NCBI RefSeq assembly: GCF_963921235.1
Contig: NC_086109.1
Coordinates: 18,974,001-19,038,000 of the forward strand
Direction: 5' to 3'
Origin: Mobula hypostoma
Lineage: Eukaryota
DNA: 64,000 nucleotides
The translations under genes were made by a program, and so were the position numbers. The notes under the pieces are model-generated. The model searched no databases. It had not been told where the DNA came from and saw only the letters and a program-made list of their open reading frames with translations. Of the stretch, positions 51,245 to 63,854 are shown in pieces. Each line of letters opens with the position of its first letter. Positions within the stretch are counted from its first letter, which is position 1.

Positions 51245-51749
51245 CTAGTTAAAATTACAAAAGGAAAGAAGTGGGTCGGTGTGAAATTGTCTAGCAGCAA
51301 GTCTGGAACTCTTTGATCTCTCTGCTTTTAATGATTTGTACTATTACGATCAAGTTAAGGTGGTCAGCTTTCTACCTGCTAGATAATGAGAGCCATCCTC
51401 AGGTACGATTAGCATTCCAGAACACTAACTCTGCAGCAGTGTCAGCTCTTGAAGGCAGCTGAGCTTTATTATACTTTTTATTATCCTTTCAGTCTTGTTA
51501 TAATCTGCGCTCATCCTATTTTGCAGTTGTACTTACTCAATGATTAATAAGGGAGAGATCTCTACTCCATTGGTTGAGAATTGATTTGAAAGCCTAACCT
51601 CAGTCTCTCAATAAACATGCTGCCAATCAGCATCAAAGCCTTTTGGGAATTGGCCGCGAATTGAAGGTGAGAAAATCTCAGCGTGAAATTAAATCAGGAG
51701 CTGTATCTGCTCTGCAGGTTACTCCATGAGGTATGGTAAAGTTTCACGC

Positions 51750-52895
51750 TGTCATCTACCTGCTGAACAGAGCCCACTGCCGTTTGGGTAAGTAGGGCAG
51801 CACTGTAAGGTTCATGTTATTTGATCTGTCAAGAGCCTTCAATGCCATACATCCCTTATTGCTGGGGGGTTGGCAGGGAATCCACATTCAATGCAGGTTG
51901 GCACTTCCAATGTGTCCTGAATAATGGACTACCTGACTGGCAGACCACAGTTTGTGTGGCTTCAGAGCTGTGTGTCAGACATGGCTATAAGCAGCACTGG
52001 GACCCCACAGGGAACTGTATTGACTCCCTTCCTGTTTACCCTGTATACCTCGGGCTTTAGATACAACACTGAGTCATGTCATCTGCAAAAATTCTCTGAT
52101 GACTCAGCAATAGTTGGGTGTATAAAGGGAGAACGGGAGGACGAATACAGGACCCTGGTGGAGGACTTTGTCGAATGGTGCAAGCTGATCATCTGCAGAT
52201 CAACATTAGTAAGACAAAGGAGATGAGGATGGACTTTGGGAAGACCAAGCCCGCACTCCTCCTTGTTACCATTGATGGTTAGGATGTGGATGTGGTAAGA
52301 ACCTACAAGTAGTTGGGGACGCACCCAGACAACAGACTTGAGTGGAGCATTAAGACATAGTCAGTGTACAAGAAGGGCTAGAGTCACCTCAACCTCCTGA
52401 GGAGACTGAGGTCCTTTGGAGTATGCAGGTGTCTCCTTCACATGTTCTACCAGTCTGTTGTTGCCAGTACAATCTTCTATGTGGTGGTGTGCTGGGGCAA
52501 TAGCATCAACTTGGGTGATGCCAACAGGCTCAATATACTGATTAGAAAGGCTGGCTCTGTTACAGGAGTCGAACTGGACACACTGGAGGCCGTGGTAGAA
52601 AATCCTGGCAATTTTGGACAATGGTTCCCACCCTCTGCATGTCACCTTGGCTGATCAGAGTCATAGACTAAGACAATTGCACTGCTCCAGATAGGGCTAT
52701 ATGAGGTAATTATTACCCTTGACCATTAGGCTCTGTGATGAGTCAACATTATAGAGATGACCTCTTCCTGTTAGACCTGTTTGAGGTAACTTATTTTTAT
52801 TTATTTTTCTTACTTCTCTTCTAATATTGTATATCCGCGAACGTGCAATGCTTCTGTGACACTGTAACATCCTTTGGGATCAATAAGGCATGTAT
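51750..52895 (+). mobile_element. Rex1-like LINE RT fragment
   Basis: DYLTGRPQFV, TGTPQGTVLTPFLFTLYT, QKFSDDSAIVG and FYQSVVAS...VVCWG, with tail gggatcaataa. Confidence 0.88.
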
Positions 52896-52959
52896 CGATA
52901 AGTACTGTGCCAGCTGACACTCATTTGCTCTCCAAATCATAAGTCAGAAGGTTGTAGTA

Positions 52960-53260
52960 TCACAAACATGAGAAAATCTGCCAATCCTGCAAATCCAAAG
53001 CAACACATACAAAATGCTGAAGGGACTCAGTAGGTCAGGCAGCATCTATGGAAAAGATTACGGTAAATAGTCGATGTTTCCATCTGAGATCCCTCATCAG
53101 GTCTGAAAAGAAAGATGAGAAGTCAGAGTAAGAAGGTGGGAGGAGGGGAGGAAGAAGTACAAGGTTATAGATGAAACCTGGGAAGAGGGAAGGGTGAAGT
53201 AAAGAGCTAGGAAGTCAATTGGTGAAATAGATAAAGGGCTGGAGAAGGGGGAACAGCAGA
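52960..53260 (-). mobile_element. PLE pseudo-LTR with hammerhead core but damaged stems (53069-53105)
   Basis: Minus strand reads cagac CTGATGA gggatctcagatg GAAA catc gact, followed by the family tail. Confidence 0.75.
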
Positions 53261-53949
53261 TTTCTATGCCTTAATGGAAATAGCTTCTGGTAATCTTGGT
53301 ACACCTTTGACTGAATAGTAGACCTATCTGTGACCAGATGAAGACACCTCACCTTTAACGTGGGTTTAATTGTTATCTGTACCGTAGGATTGTGTCCTGA
53401 GTTAAACTCTTTCACATTTATCAGTCTTCTGTGAACTCTGTGCTTATTTTCCATGCTCCTTCAAATGTAGAATTAGTGTGCCAAAGAGCTTTGTTTAAAT
53501 CTTCTCGTGACATCTCAGAAACCAATGAATCTGCGGCTTCTAATCTTTAAAGAATCTGAAGATTGCATCTTTTAGTCAATTCCTTTAATCTGACAAGATA
53601 TTCTCTCACCATCTGCTCCCAAGTTACACATCCTTGAAAATCTCTGAAGGCGCTAGATGAAAATGTCCTACCAAAATACTTAACGTACGCAGGAGACTTC
53701 ATCTGTGGCCAGTGCTGCAATTGAACTGACTAGAGTTTCATACAGTGTCATTTTCTCTACTTGCAGTGATATTTCCTTCTTTTCATTTCATGTATGGCTT
53801 TGTTAGTCTATTTTCTGACCTCTCACGAGAGTTCGACAATATTGTTTACCCTCAGGAGCGTCGCCACTTGTTCAACTTACAGATGAAATGGCTGAGAGTT
53901 TTCATACTCATCCAGCTTCTGAACATACCTTGGATAGCTACAGCCTGCC

Positions 53950-54310
53950 AGGGGGCCTTAGGTCCCATACCAGCAAGTTCAGGAACAGTTATTACCCCTC
54001 AACGATCAGGCTCCTGAACCATCATAAACAATCTCATTCCACAACACTGAACTTAATCTACGGACTCACCTTCAAGGAATCTATAACTCATATGCTTAGT
54101 ATTATATATTTACTTATTTCTTCTTATTATCTGTATTTGTACAGTTTTTCTTTTTTTATTAAAATTGACTGCTTGGCACTCTTCATTTGAGTGTAGCTTT
54201 TCACTGATTCTATCGTACTTCAGTGTTCTACAAAACATACCTGCAAGAAAATGAATCTCAGGGTAGTATTTGGTGACTTGATAATAAAGTTACTTTGAAC
54301 ATTGAAATTT
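53950..54310 (+). mobile_element. Rex/Babar-like 3' fragment
   Basis: LRSHTSKFRNSYYPSTIRLLN, with tail gataataaagttactttgaac. Confidence 0.7.
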
Positions 54311-54454
54311 GAGCAGTACTGGTCTATCAATAAACTCCAGAGTTCATTTCCCAACTTCTGATGACAATCTTACTGCTTCCTCAGCAGCAACAATCCTCAT
54401 TGCCAATGTTGATTCCAAGGGATCTTCTCTGTACAGCTGTTGAGTGAAAGTAAA

Positions 54455-54595
54455 AGAAAATAAAACACGGGAGCAGAATGAGGCTATTCAGCCAATTGAG
54501 TCTACTCCACCATTCCATCATGGTTGATTTATTTTCCGTCTCAACCCTGTTCTCCTGTATTCTCCCCATAACATTTGACACCCTTCCTAATCAGC
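54455..54595 (-). mobile_element. CR1 3' UTR fragment
   Basis: ggagcagaatgaggctattcagcc...ctccaccattccatcatgg is the reverse complement of the CR1 tail. Confidence 0.75.
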
Positions 54596-56480
54596 AAGGG
54601 TAAAAGGACCCTGATGGCAGTTATATACAGGCCTTCAAACAGTAGCTGGGATATGGACTACTGATTACAACAGAAAATAGAAACGGTGTGTCAAAAGGGC
54701 AATGCTATGATAGTCATAGAAGATTTTAACATGCAGATAGATTGGGGAAAACAGGTAGGTAATGGATCCCAAGAGAATGAACTTGTTGAATGCTTAAGAG
54801 ATAGCTTTTTAGAGCAGTTTGTCAATGAGCCTATGAGAGGATCAGCTATACTGGATTGGGTGTTATGTAATGAACCAGACAGGCAATTAAGGAGCTTAAG
54901 TAAAAGGAACCCTTAGGAGTCAGTGATCACAATATGATTCAGTTCAGTGTGAAATTTTATAGGGAGAAAGCAAAGTCTGACATAGCAGTATTTCAGTGGA
55001 GTGAAGGAAATTACAGTGGTATGAGAGAGGAGTTAGCCAAAGTAAATTGGAAAGAGATGCTGGCAGTGATGACAGCAGAGCAGCAATGCTTGGATTTCAG
55101 GGGAAAATCAAGAAGGTACAGGATAGATGTATTCCAAAAACAAAAAAATACTCAATACTCAAAATACACAAATGGCTGACAAGGAAAGTCAAAGTTAAAG
55201 TAAAAGCAAAAGAGAGGGCATACAACTAAGCAAAAATTCCCTGGAAGATAGGGGATTGGGAAGCTTTTAAAAACCCGCAGAAAGCAATGAAAAGAATCAG
55301 TAGGAGAAAAAGATGAACTATGAAAGCAAACTAGCAGACAATATCAAGACAGATAGAAAAAGTTTTTTCAAGTATATAAAAAATAAAAGAGAGGTGAGAG
55401 TGAATATAGGACCACTAGTAAATGAGGCTGGAGAAATAATAACGGGGAACAAGGAGATGGCAGATGAACTAAGTGAGTGTTTTGCATTAGTCTTCACTGA
55501 GGAAGACACTAGCAGTGTGCCAGGTGTTGAAGGGTGTGAGGGAAGCAAAGTAAGTACAGTTACTATTACAAGGGAGAAGGTGCTCAAAAAGCTGAAAGAC
55601 CTAAAGGTGCACAAGTCAGACGAACTGCACCCTAGGGTTCTGAAAGAGGTAGCAGTAGAGATTGTGTATGTATTAGTAATGATCTTTCAAGAATCATTGG
55701 ACTCTGGCATGGTTCCGAAAGACTGGAAAATTGCAAATATCACTCCATTTTTTAAGAAAGGAGGAAAGTAGCAGAAAGGAAATTATAGACTAGTTAGCCT
55801 GACCTCGGTGGTTGTTGAGATGTTGGAATCAATTGTTAGGGATGAGGATATGGAGTACTTGGTGACACAGGACAAGTTAGGACAAAGTCTGCAAGGTTTC
55901 CTAAAGGGAAAATCTTGCCTGATGAACCTGTTGGAACTCTTTGAGGAGATTACAAGTAGGATAGATAAAGGTGATGTAGTGGAAGTTGTATAATGTATAT
56001 TTGGAATTTCTGAAGGCCTTTGACAAGGTGGCACATATGAAGCTGCTTACCAAGTTAAGAGCCTATGGTATTACAGGAAAGTTACTGACATGGTTAGAGC
56101 ATTAGCTGATTGGTAGGAGGCAGTGAGTGTGAATAAAAGGATCCTTTTCTGGTTGGCTGCCACTGACTCGTGGTGGTCTGCAGGGGTCAGAGTTGGGACC
56201 ACTTCTTTTTATGCTGTATATCAATGATTTATACAATGGAATAGATGGCTTTGTTGCCAAGTGTGCAGATGATACAAAAATTGGTGGGGGGACAGGTAGT
56301 GTTGAGGAAACAGGAAGGCTGCGGGAGGACTTAGACAGATTAGGAGAATGGGCAAGAAAGTGACAAGTGAAATGCAATGTTGCAAAATGCACGGTCGTGC
56401 ACTTTGGTAGAAGAAATAAATGTGCAGACTCTTTTCTGAATGGGAAGAAAATCCAAAAATCTGAGATGCAAAGGGACCTC
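54592..56480 (+). mobile_element. Decayed CR1 ORF2 segment (endonuclease to RT)
   Basis: AVIYRP, EPMRGSAILDWVL, KSFFKYIK, LHPRVLKE, GFLKGKSCL and ADDTKIGG. It ends at MQRDL. Confidence 0.9.
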
Positions 56481-57468
56481 TAACGTTTGAGCCTTCTCCC
56501 CGTTTAGATAGTAGTCCGCACTATTGTTCCTTTTACCAAAATGCATTATGATACATTTCCCAACATTGTATTCCATCTACCACATTTTTGTCCATTCTTC
56601 CGATCTGCCTAAGTCCTGCTGCAATTGCATTGCTTCCTCAGCCCTACCTACCCCTCCAACTATCTTCGTATCATCTACAAACTTTGCCACAAAGCCATCA
56701 ATCCATTATCGAAATCATTGACAAACAATGTGAAAAGTAGCGGTCCCTATGCTGACCCCTGAAGAACACCACTAGTCACTGGCAGGTAACTAGAAATGGC
56801 CCCTTTCATTCCAACTTGCTGCCTCCTGCCTGTCAGCCATTCCCCTATCCATGCCAGTAATGCCCGTAGGATTTTATCTTAATAAGTAGCCTCATGCGTG
56901 GCACCTCATCAAGCGCCTTCTGAAAATCCAGGTAAATGTCATCTACTGCTGCTCCATCCTGCTTGTTACTTCCTCAAAGAACTCTAACAGATTTATCAGG
57001 CAAGATTTCCTTTTAGAGAAGCCATGCTGACTTTGACTTGTTTTATCATTAGTCTCCAAGTACCTCAAAACCTCATCCTTAATAAATAATAGACTCCAGC
57101 ACTTTCCCAACCACTGAGATTAGGCAAACTGGCCTATAATTTCCTTTCTTTTGTCTTCCTCCCTTCTTAAAGAATGGAGTGACATTTGCAATCTTCCAGG
57201 ACCATGCCAGAATCAAGTGATTCTTGAAAGATCATGACCAAAGCATTCATTATCTCTTCAGCAACCTCTCTCAGTTCTCTAGGGTGTAGATCATCTGGTC
57301 CAGGTGACTTATCCACCTTAAGACCTTTGAGATTGCCTAGCACTTTTCCCTTTGTAATATCAATGGCACTCACTCCTGCTCCCTGACACTCTCTACCACA
57401 CTGCTAGTGTCTTCCACAGTGAAAACAGATGTAAAGTACCCAATAAGTTCATCAGCCATTTCCTTGTG
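56481..57468 (-). mobile_element. Decayed CR1 RT segment, inverted and lacking its own 3' end
   Basis: KSPGPDDLHPRELREVAEEI and MEYNVGKCIIMHFGKRN..DYYLNGEK. Confidence 0.88.
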
Positions 57469-57477
57469 CTGTCATTT

Positions 57478-57685
57478 GAGAAGTTTCAGAGGAGGTTCAC
57501 AAGAACGATCCCAGGAATGAAAGGATTAATGTATGGGGAGTGTTTGATGGTTCTGGGCCTATACCTGCTGGTGTTTAGAAGAATAGGGGTGGGTGAGGGG
57601 GAGGTGGAAATCCCATTGAAACCTATCAAATATTGAAAGGCCTAGATAGAGTAGGTGTGGAGAAGATGTTTCCTATAGTTGGAAG
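57478..57685 (+). mobile_element. CR1 C-terminal fragment
   Basis: cagaggaggttcacaagaacgatcccaggaatg (QRRFTRTIPGM) and IETYQILKGLDRV. Confidence 0.8.
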
Positions 57686-57755
57686 TAATGGAATGAAGCT
57701 TCCAAATAAGCTTCCTTTTTGATAGATAACAACATCTAGTTACAACAGTGTTAAG

Positions 57756-57757
<2 letters not shown>

Positions 57758-57788
<31 letters not shown>
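57758..57788. repeat. (AC)n microsatellite
   Basis: Direct reading, about 15 units. Confidence 0.95.
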
Positions 57789-57789
<1 letters not shown>

Positions 57790-58275
57790 CATTAAAAGTA
57801 AAAACAGAAAATGTTAGAACCCTCCTCATGTCAAGCAACATCCACAGAGAGGGACAGAGTCAATGAAAATTTCAGCTCTGTAATACTTTAACAGTTTTGT
57901 TTAATTCTTCTTCTATTTCTGTTGTGAATTTTGTTGGAAATGCATTGGATTTCAATAATAAAGCACTTAACCAAAGATGATTGTTTAATTTCACAAGATT
58001 ATTGATCCAGCTGTTCAAATTGGTTTCTGAAGTGTTGATGTATGCCATTTGGTGAGGAAGGTTAGCCTATTTAACATTTGCGTCTCTCCAGTTAATATTA
58101 TTAGTCTGGATGTCGCTATAATAATTTTATTTCATCCACTGCATTATCTCCATATATTAATTAAATCAATATCTTATTACATTTCATTTCTTGTGAATAT
58201 TGAATTGTTTATTTGAAGGTCTGTTAATCTCCCTCAGAATATTTCAAGTCCTAATTTTTTTCTGCTCCAAGTGAA

Positions 58276-58656
58276 TGTCATTGTCATTATGTGCTGTGTC
58301 ATATGATGTGAATGATCATGGTCCTTTGATCATGATTGTTTTTGGCAAATTTTTCTCCAGAAGTGGTTTGCCATTGCCTTCTTCTGGGCAGTGTCTTTTC
58401 AAGACAGGTGACCCCAGCCATTATCTAGTCTTTTCAGAAATTGTCTATCTGGTCTTAGTGGTTACATAACCAGGACTTGCAATATGCACCAGCTGCTGTT
58501 ACAACCGTGCATGTCCTGCTTCTGTGGCTTCACATGACCCTGATCGAGGGGGCTAAGCAGGTGCTGCACCTTGCCCAGGGGTGACCTACAAGTTAGCAGA
58601 GGGAAGGAGTGCTTTACACGTCCTTTGGTAGAGACGTATCTCCACACCGCCATTTG
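58276..58656 (-). mobile_element. Second copy of the short RTE/BovB-tailed element
   Basis: Colinear with 15548-15933. Possible TSD agtgaa at 58270-58275 and 58657-58662. Confidence 0.75.
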
Positions 58657-58853
58657 AGTGAACACCAGTAAAAAAATAAAATGGACTGATGCCTAAATAG
58701 CTGTCCTGGACTTGAGCCCTCAGTAAGCTGTCCGTTTCTAGGGTGATCCAGATGTGGCGGAACTTAGGGATATGTAATAAAAACAGAATGGTTGGTGACA
58801 CTTTGCAACTCGCTCACCATCTACGGAAAGAAAAACCATCAATATTGCAGGTA

Positions 58854-59169
58854 AAGTAAAGGCATCCGTTAGTCTTGCGACGCCATGGATCTGCGCCTGG
58901 AAAGTCTTCACTCTCCAGGACGCAGGCCTGGGCAAGGTTGTATGGAAGACCAGCAGTTGCCCATGCTGCAAGTCTCCCCTCTTCACAATACCAATGTTGT
59001 CCAAGGAAAGGGCATTAGGACCCATACAGCTTGGCACCAGTGTCGTCGCAGAGCAATGTGTGATTAAGTGCCTTGCTTAAGGACACAACACATTCCCTCA
59101 GCTGGGGCTCGAACTCACGACCTTCAGGTCGCTAGTCCAATGCCTTAACTACTTGGCCACGTGCCCACA
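58854..59169 (-). mobile_element. tRNA-headed SINE with CORE-like middle and probable RTE-type tail
   Basis: Minus strand reads gggcacgtggccaagtagttaagg (A box) ...gagttcgagcc (B box), then tgtgtccttaagcaaggcacttaa (CORE-like). TSD caggta at 58848-58853 and 59170-59175. Confidence 0.85.
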
Positions 59170-59679
59170 CAGGTAGGAGACTCTTAATCAGATATGCCCA
59201 ATTTATTTATGTTTCTTTATTCATTTTGATATGGAAATGATTAGGTTATTTATGTTGTGAAGACCATATACAGTTTGCAGGGACAGGAAAACTACCATGC
59301 TAGTTTTCAGTTCCAGCAAAATGTACGGGTGTGGCACAGTGTAAGGAATAACACAATTCTAATCTTCTACACTGTTGTGATGAGCAGCCATTGACGAAAT
59401 GCAATTGATGAAGCACATGCTTATATACAGGTCAAAGAAAATGACGTCTTGGCTGTTGCACATTATGGGTAGATTAAACATAACCACTGATTTATCTTCG
59501 AACCAATGATTTATCTACAACCTTTGATTAGTGTGTTGAACAGTTAAATTAATGAACTCATTATTGCTAAGCAAGTTAGATTTAATATAACTTGAGAGGT
59601 CATCAATATCCGACAAGCTTGTAGCCCAACAGCAAATTACATTGACTGTGAAAAGGTCTGAAACCAGACTCAGTTAATA

Positions 59680-60355
59680 ACCATAAGAGACTGTTAGACA
59701 GAGGGGCAGAATTAGGCCATTTGGCTCATTGGGTCTGCTCCACCGTTCAATCATTGCTGATTTATATTACTTCTCAAACCTGTTCTCCTGTCTTCTTCCA
59801 GGGACTTTTGACACCTTTACTAATCAAGAAACTGTCAACTTCTGCTTTAAATAGACCCACTGACTTGGCCTCCACAGCTATCTGTGGCAATGAATTCCAC
59901 AGATTTATCACCTTCTGGCTAAAGAAATTTCTTCTTTTCTGTCCAAAGAACATCCTTCCAATTTGAGGCTGTGCTCTATGTCCTCGACCCTCCCACGATT
60001 GGAAGTATCCTCTCCATGTCCACTCTGTCTAGGCGAGGGGTGGCCAACTTTTTACCTTCCATGCGTCAATTTTTTCACTCACAAGTTCAGATGCACCATA
60101 CCACTCTTGTACCCCCATTCAATTCTTGTAAAAATATGTTAATATAGAACTCGTGCGTGAAAAAAATCGCAACTGACTCGTGTGTGAAAAAATTGATGCA
60201 TGGAATGTAAAAGTTTGGCCATCCCTGGTCTAGGCCTTTCAATATTCAGTAGGCTTCAATGATATCCTCAGTCATTCTTCTAAACTCCAGCATGTACAGG
60301 CCTGGACCCATCATCCGTTAACTCATTCCAGGACCATTCTTGTAAACCTCCTCTG
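59680..60355 (-). mobile_element. CR1 3' fragment hosting a hAT MITE
   Basis: gcagaattaggccatt, ggcctccacagc..tgtggcaatgaattccacagatt and cattcttctaaactccagc. Confidence 0.8.
60035..60227. mobile_element. hAT-type MITE, 193 bp
   Basis: Perfect 8-bp TSD gtctaggc (60027-60034 and 60228-60235). Imperfect TIRs of ~50 bp starting (g/c)aggg(g/a)tggccaa. Confidence 0.9.
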
Positions 60356-60445
60356 CTCACAGTAACTGAGGTGATGTTATTCACTCTGTGCTGAGGATCA
60401 GCTCGGAAGTAGGTGGAAGATCTGAATAAGTCTGCAAGCTCTCTA

Positions 60446-60680
60446 GCCAGAGAGTGGTGAATTTGTGGAATTCGTTGCCACGGGCAGCTGTGGAAGCCAA
60501 GTCTTTTGGTACATTTAAGGCGAAGGATGATAGATTTTTGATTAGTCAGGGCATGAAGGGATACAGGGACAAGGCAGGAGGTTGAGACTGAGAGGAAAAC
60601 GGGTCTGCCATGAGGAAATCGTGGAGCAGACTCGTTGGTCCAAATGGCCTAATTCTGCTCCTATATCTTATGGTCTTGTG
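60446..60680 (+). mobile_element. CR1 3' end
   Basis: QRVVNLWNSLP...GMKGY and tail aatggcctaattctgctcctatatcttatggtctt. Confidence 0.85.
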
Positions 60681-61479
60681 GTCCCTCGACTTCAGCCAAC
60701 AAGAACGGTGGAACTGTTCAGGTGTCATTCAAACAACATGAATGAAACACACAGCTGTCCCGAAGGAAAACAGGAATTTACAAAACCAGTGTAGAAGTCC
60801 CTTGCATGAAATGCCCAGCCCTGTTGCCTCCTGAAAATCATCATGTAGTGCAGCATTTGACAAAAGAACTGAAGTCACTAGGGTCAAACAGTTTTTGTGA
60901 CCATTGTACTTGAGTTGATTAAATGGCAGCTTGCTAATTCCTAGTCTGTCACTGAGGCATAAAAGAAAATGGGACAGCTCATCATTGTATTGCATTGAAC
61001 ACGAAAGAGCTTCACTCGTCCTCTTGAGATTCTTCACAAAGAAGACGGGCAGCACCCTATGTGATGGCTGACAAGAGATTTAAGCACCTTGGTGAACTAT
61101 ATTTTACATTCCTATCTGTGATGCATATGGGCATATCCTGGTTTGAGAGAGATAATTATTCCACTCAGTAACCTGGTCAGGCTTTGCTTCGCTAGCTGAG
61201 TGCTGAGTATTTACCCCACAGGCACAAGTCAAGGATTTGTGTTTCGTGGAGCCGGGTAGAAAATGGAAAAATAGCCCAAGAGCAAAATCGGCATGAACAA
61301 ATTCTAAAGCATGAACTTATGTCTTTTACCCTTGCTCTATGACACATCAACAAAGCACATAAGGACCTAAAGTGATATGTTGTCAAGAAAAGAGAAAGGT
61401 GACATTCAACATATTACTCATGTAAGCATAAAATGGCTTCAACTTCATCTTCAGTCATGCTAACATCCATCATTATGGA

Positions 61480-62280
61480 CAAATTAATGATAAAACAGAC
61501 TCTTATTTAAATGCAGAAAGACTGTAGGAAGTTTAAGTCAAAGTGCATTGGGGTAATACATAACAAACAAGGAGCATACAAGTGCAGCAGGTATGCTGGC
61601 TTTTATTTCAGGGATGTTGATGTATAAACATAAGAAGTTTTAATACAATTGCACAATGAACTAGTGAGACTACATTAAGAATAATGTGAACAATTTTGAT
61701 CCTCTTTTTTAAGGACAAAAATGATCTTTGGAAGCAGTTTAGAGCAAGTTTGGTAGGATGACCTTGGGCATAGATCCTTAGGTTCCATTTGGGTCTTGTT
61801 AGGTGGGTGCCATGATTAGTATGGTCTGTTTGGTCTAAAGGACTTGTGTCAATGCCCAATGACTCAATGGTGGTATTGCTTTCTGAAGAATGTTTAAACA
61901 GGTTAGGCGTGTAGATATTGCAGTTTAGAAGAATAAGGACTGAAATTTATGGAACTTGTACGTTCCTCAGTGGGTCAGACATGGAGAATACTGGAAGGAT
62001 GTATGGTCTTATAGACCTATGATATCTTATCAGCAAGTTTCGGCACAGTATCCAAACAAGGAAGTGGCCAATTTAAGACTGAGGTGGGGAAGAGTTCCTT
62101 TTCTCAAGGGTCTATAAGTCTTTGGAGTTCCTTGCCTGAGAAAGCTGTGGAGGTTGAATCTTTGAATATATTCAAAGGGAGTTTTTTAATCATTTAGGGA
62201 TCTGAGGATTATGGGATGCTGGAAGTATGAATGGCAGAGGTAGAATCAAGAGGCCAAGTTATCTGCTCCTAGATCTTCTG
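61480..62280 (+). mobile_element. Very old CR1 C-terminal remnant
   Basis: atgctggcttttatt, ctagtgagactaca, gtttagaagaataagg and tttaagactgaggtg are degenerate CR1 motifs. Confidence 0.6.
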
Positions 62281-63854
62281 ATTGACAGTGTGCATGGATG
62301 GGAAAGCGGAGAGGAATATTAGCTGATTGTCATTTATTCATTCCCTGCTGCAGAAGGAAAGGGGAAGATACTTCTGAGAATTCCTGTTCGCTGAATATTT
62401 TGATGTAAAGTGTATTGAGGAATGGTGGACTGCAGCAACTGTCACCCTATAACATTGGCAGGGAAAAAGAGAGTAGAAAATTTTGGAGGGAGGAACATGG
62501 CAGCAAAATTTCTTCTTATTGCTTGAAACTATACAGTTCCATTGCTTAGTGTGATGCTCTGTATAATAGTTCTTATCCTTGCAATCTATTTTATAACATT
62601 ATCAATTTGGAGCCAAGTCTTACCAATTTATCACCTTTTGTGGAAAGGACGATGCTGTAACTTATTGTGCCATTTTGTATCTCTTCAATAAAGGAGTTTA
62701 AATATTCCAAGAACTGTCAGACTTGAAAAATCTTTCTAATTATGAAGACAGTTTTCAAGAGTTGTAATTCCTAAAGGACGCGTTGAGACTTTTTTTTTCC
62801 TGTAAGTGCCTCTTGTGAAAGATTTTAATCAGAGATGAATTTTTAATTAGTGATGTTGATGTATTTATATGAAAAATGCACCCAGAATTCTGTTGGACTG
62901 GAGTGTTTTATACTTCCCAAGATGTTTTTCACTCTGCTTCCCTTCTGTCTCCTGATTCATTTCCCCCTCTATCGAGATTCAGTCAGTCCTTCTTAATTGT
63001 TCAGATTACATTAATTAAAAGAGTAATGGAATGTATCGTAGTAGGCAAGCACTGGCAATTTTTATATCAGAAAGATGTTTAATCCTTATTCTACCCAATA
63101 GCTTAGAAAATGGGCCACATAGAGTTGTTCCCTTAATGTATGATACAAGACTTGCCACCCGGTTCAGATATGGCCCAAGTGCGGAGTGGGGGACACTGAA
63201 GCAGGTCAATAGTTCACAGACTTTAATGCAAACAGTGTTAAAGGAAAAAGAAAACAATAAATGCTAGGCCAAACAGGATCATCAACTAAAACTCTCAAAT
63301 GGAAACGAAGCCTACACTGCGGCTGAAAGAGCAGCTAAGAATATAAACGAATACCGCTAGTCTTCAGAGTCAGTTGACTCGACAGTCCAATTTCTCAGGC
63401 AAGGCGGAATGCAAGCAGGCAGTGAAGCGTTGCTGTGTCCAAGTCTCAACAAATTCCATGATGGAATGAATGGAGTTAAATATTATCATAATGAAATATT
63501 AGCTGACACGTGCATACTCACAAGTGTAATTGCCATATCTGCGGCACTGCCGAATCCGTGGTTGTGACAAGACTGATTTTACCTGGAGGAGATCACACTA
63601 GTGAATTAAACTTCAGGCCATGATGCACATTTAAAATTCTATCCCATACTTAACATCAGACATGCACCTCGTCCTGCAAAGGCTGCTTCTACCTACAATG
63701 AGTTTGCACTGGAACTCAATGAGCAATGTGGAGAATGGGACATATTAAGTTATGATCTTGTCTTTCTCATTATCTAATGGGAGACTGCTGTCATTATGGC
63801 ACTTGACATGACAACTTTGAGAGGGAATGCAGACGTCTGAGTTTGAGGCCTGCT

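Noticed and set aside
59095..59166. tRNA gene on the minus strand
   Set aside because: It is the head of a TSD-flanked SINE, continuing into CORE-like and tail sequence without a proper acceptor stem or terminator.
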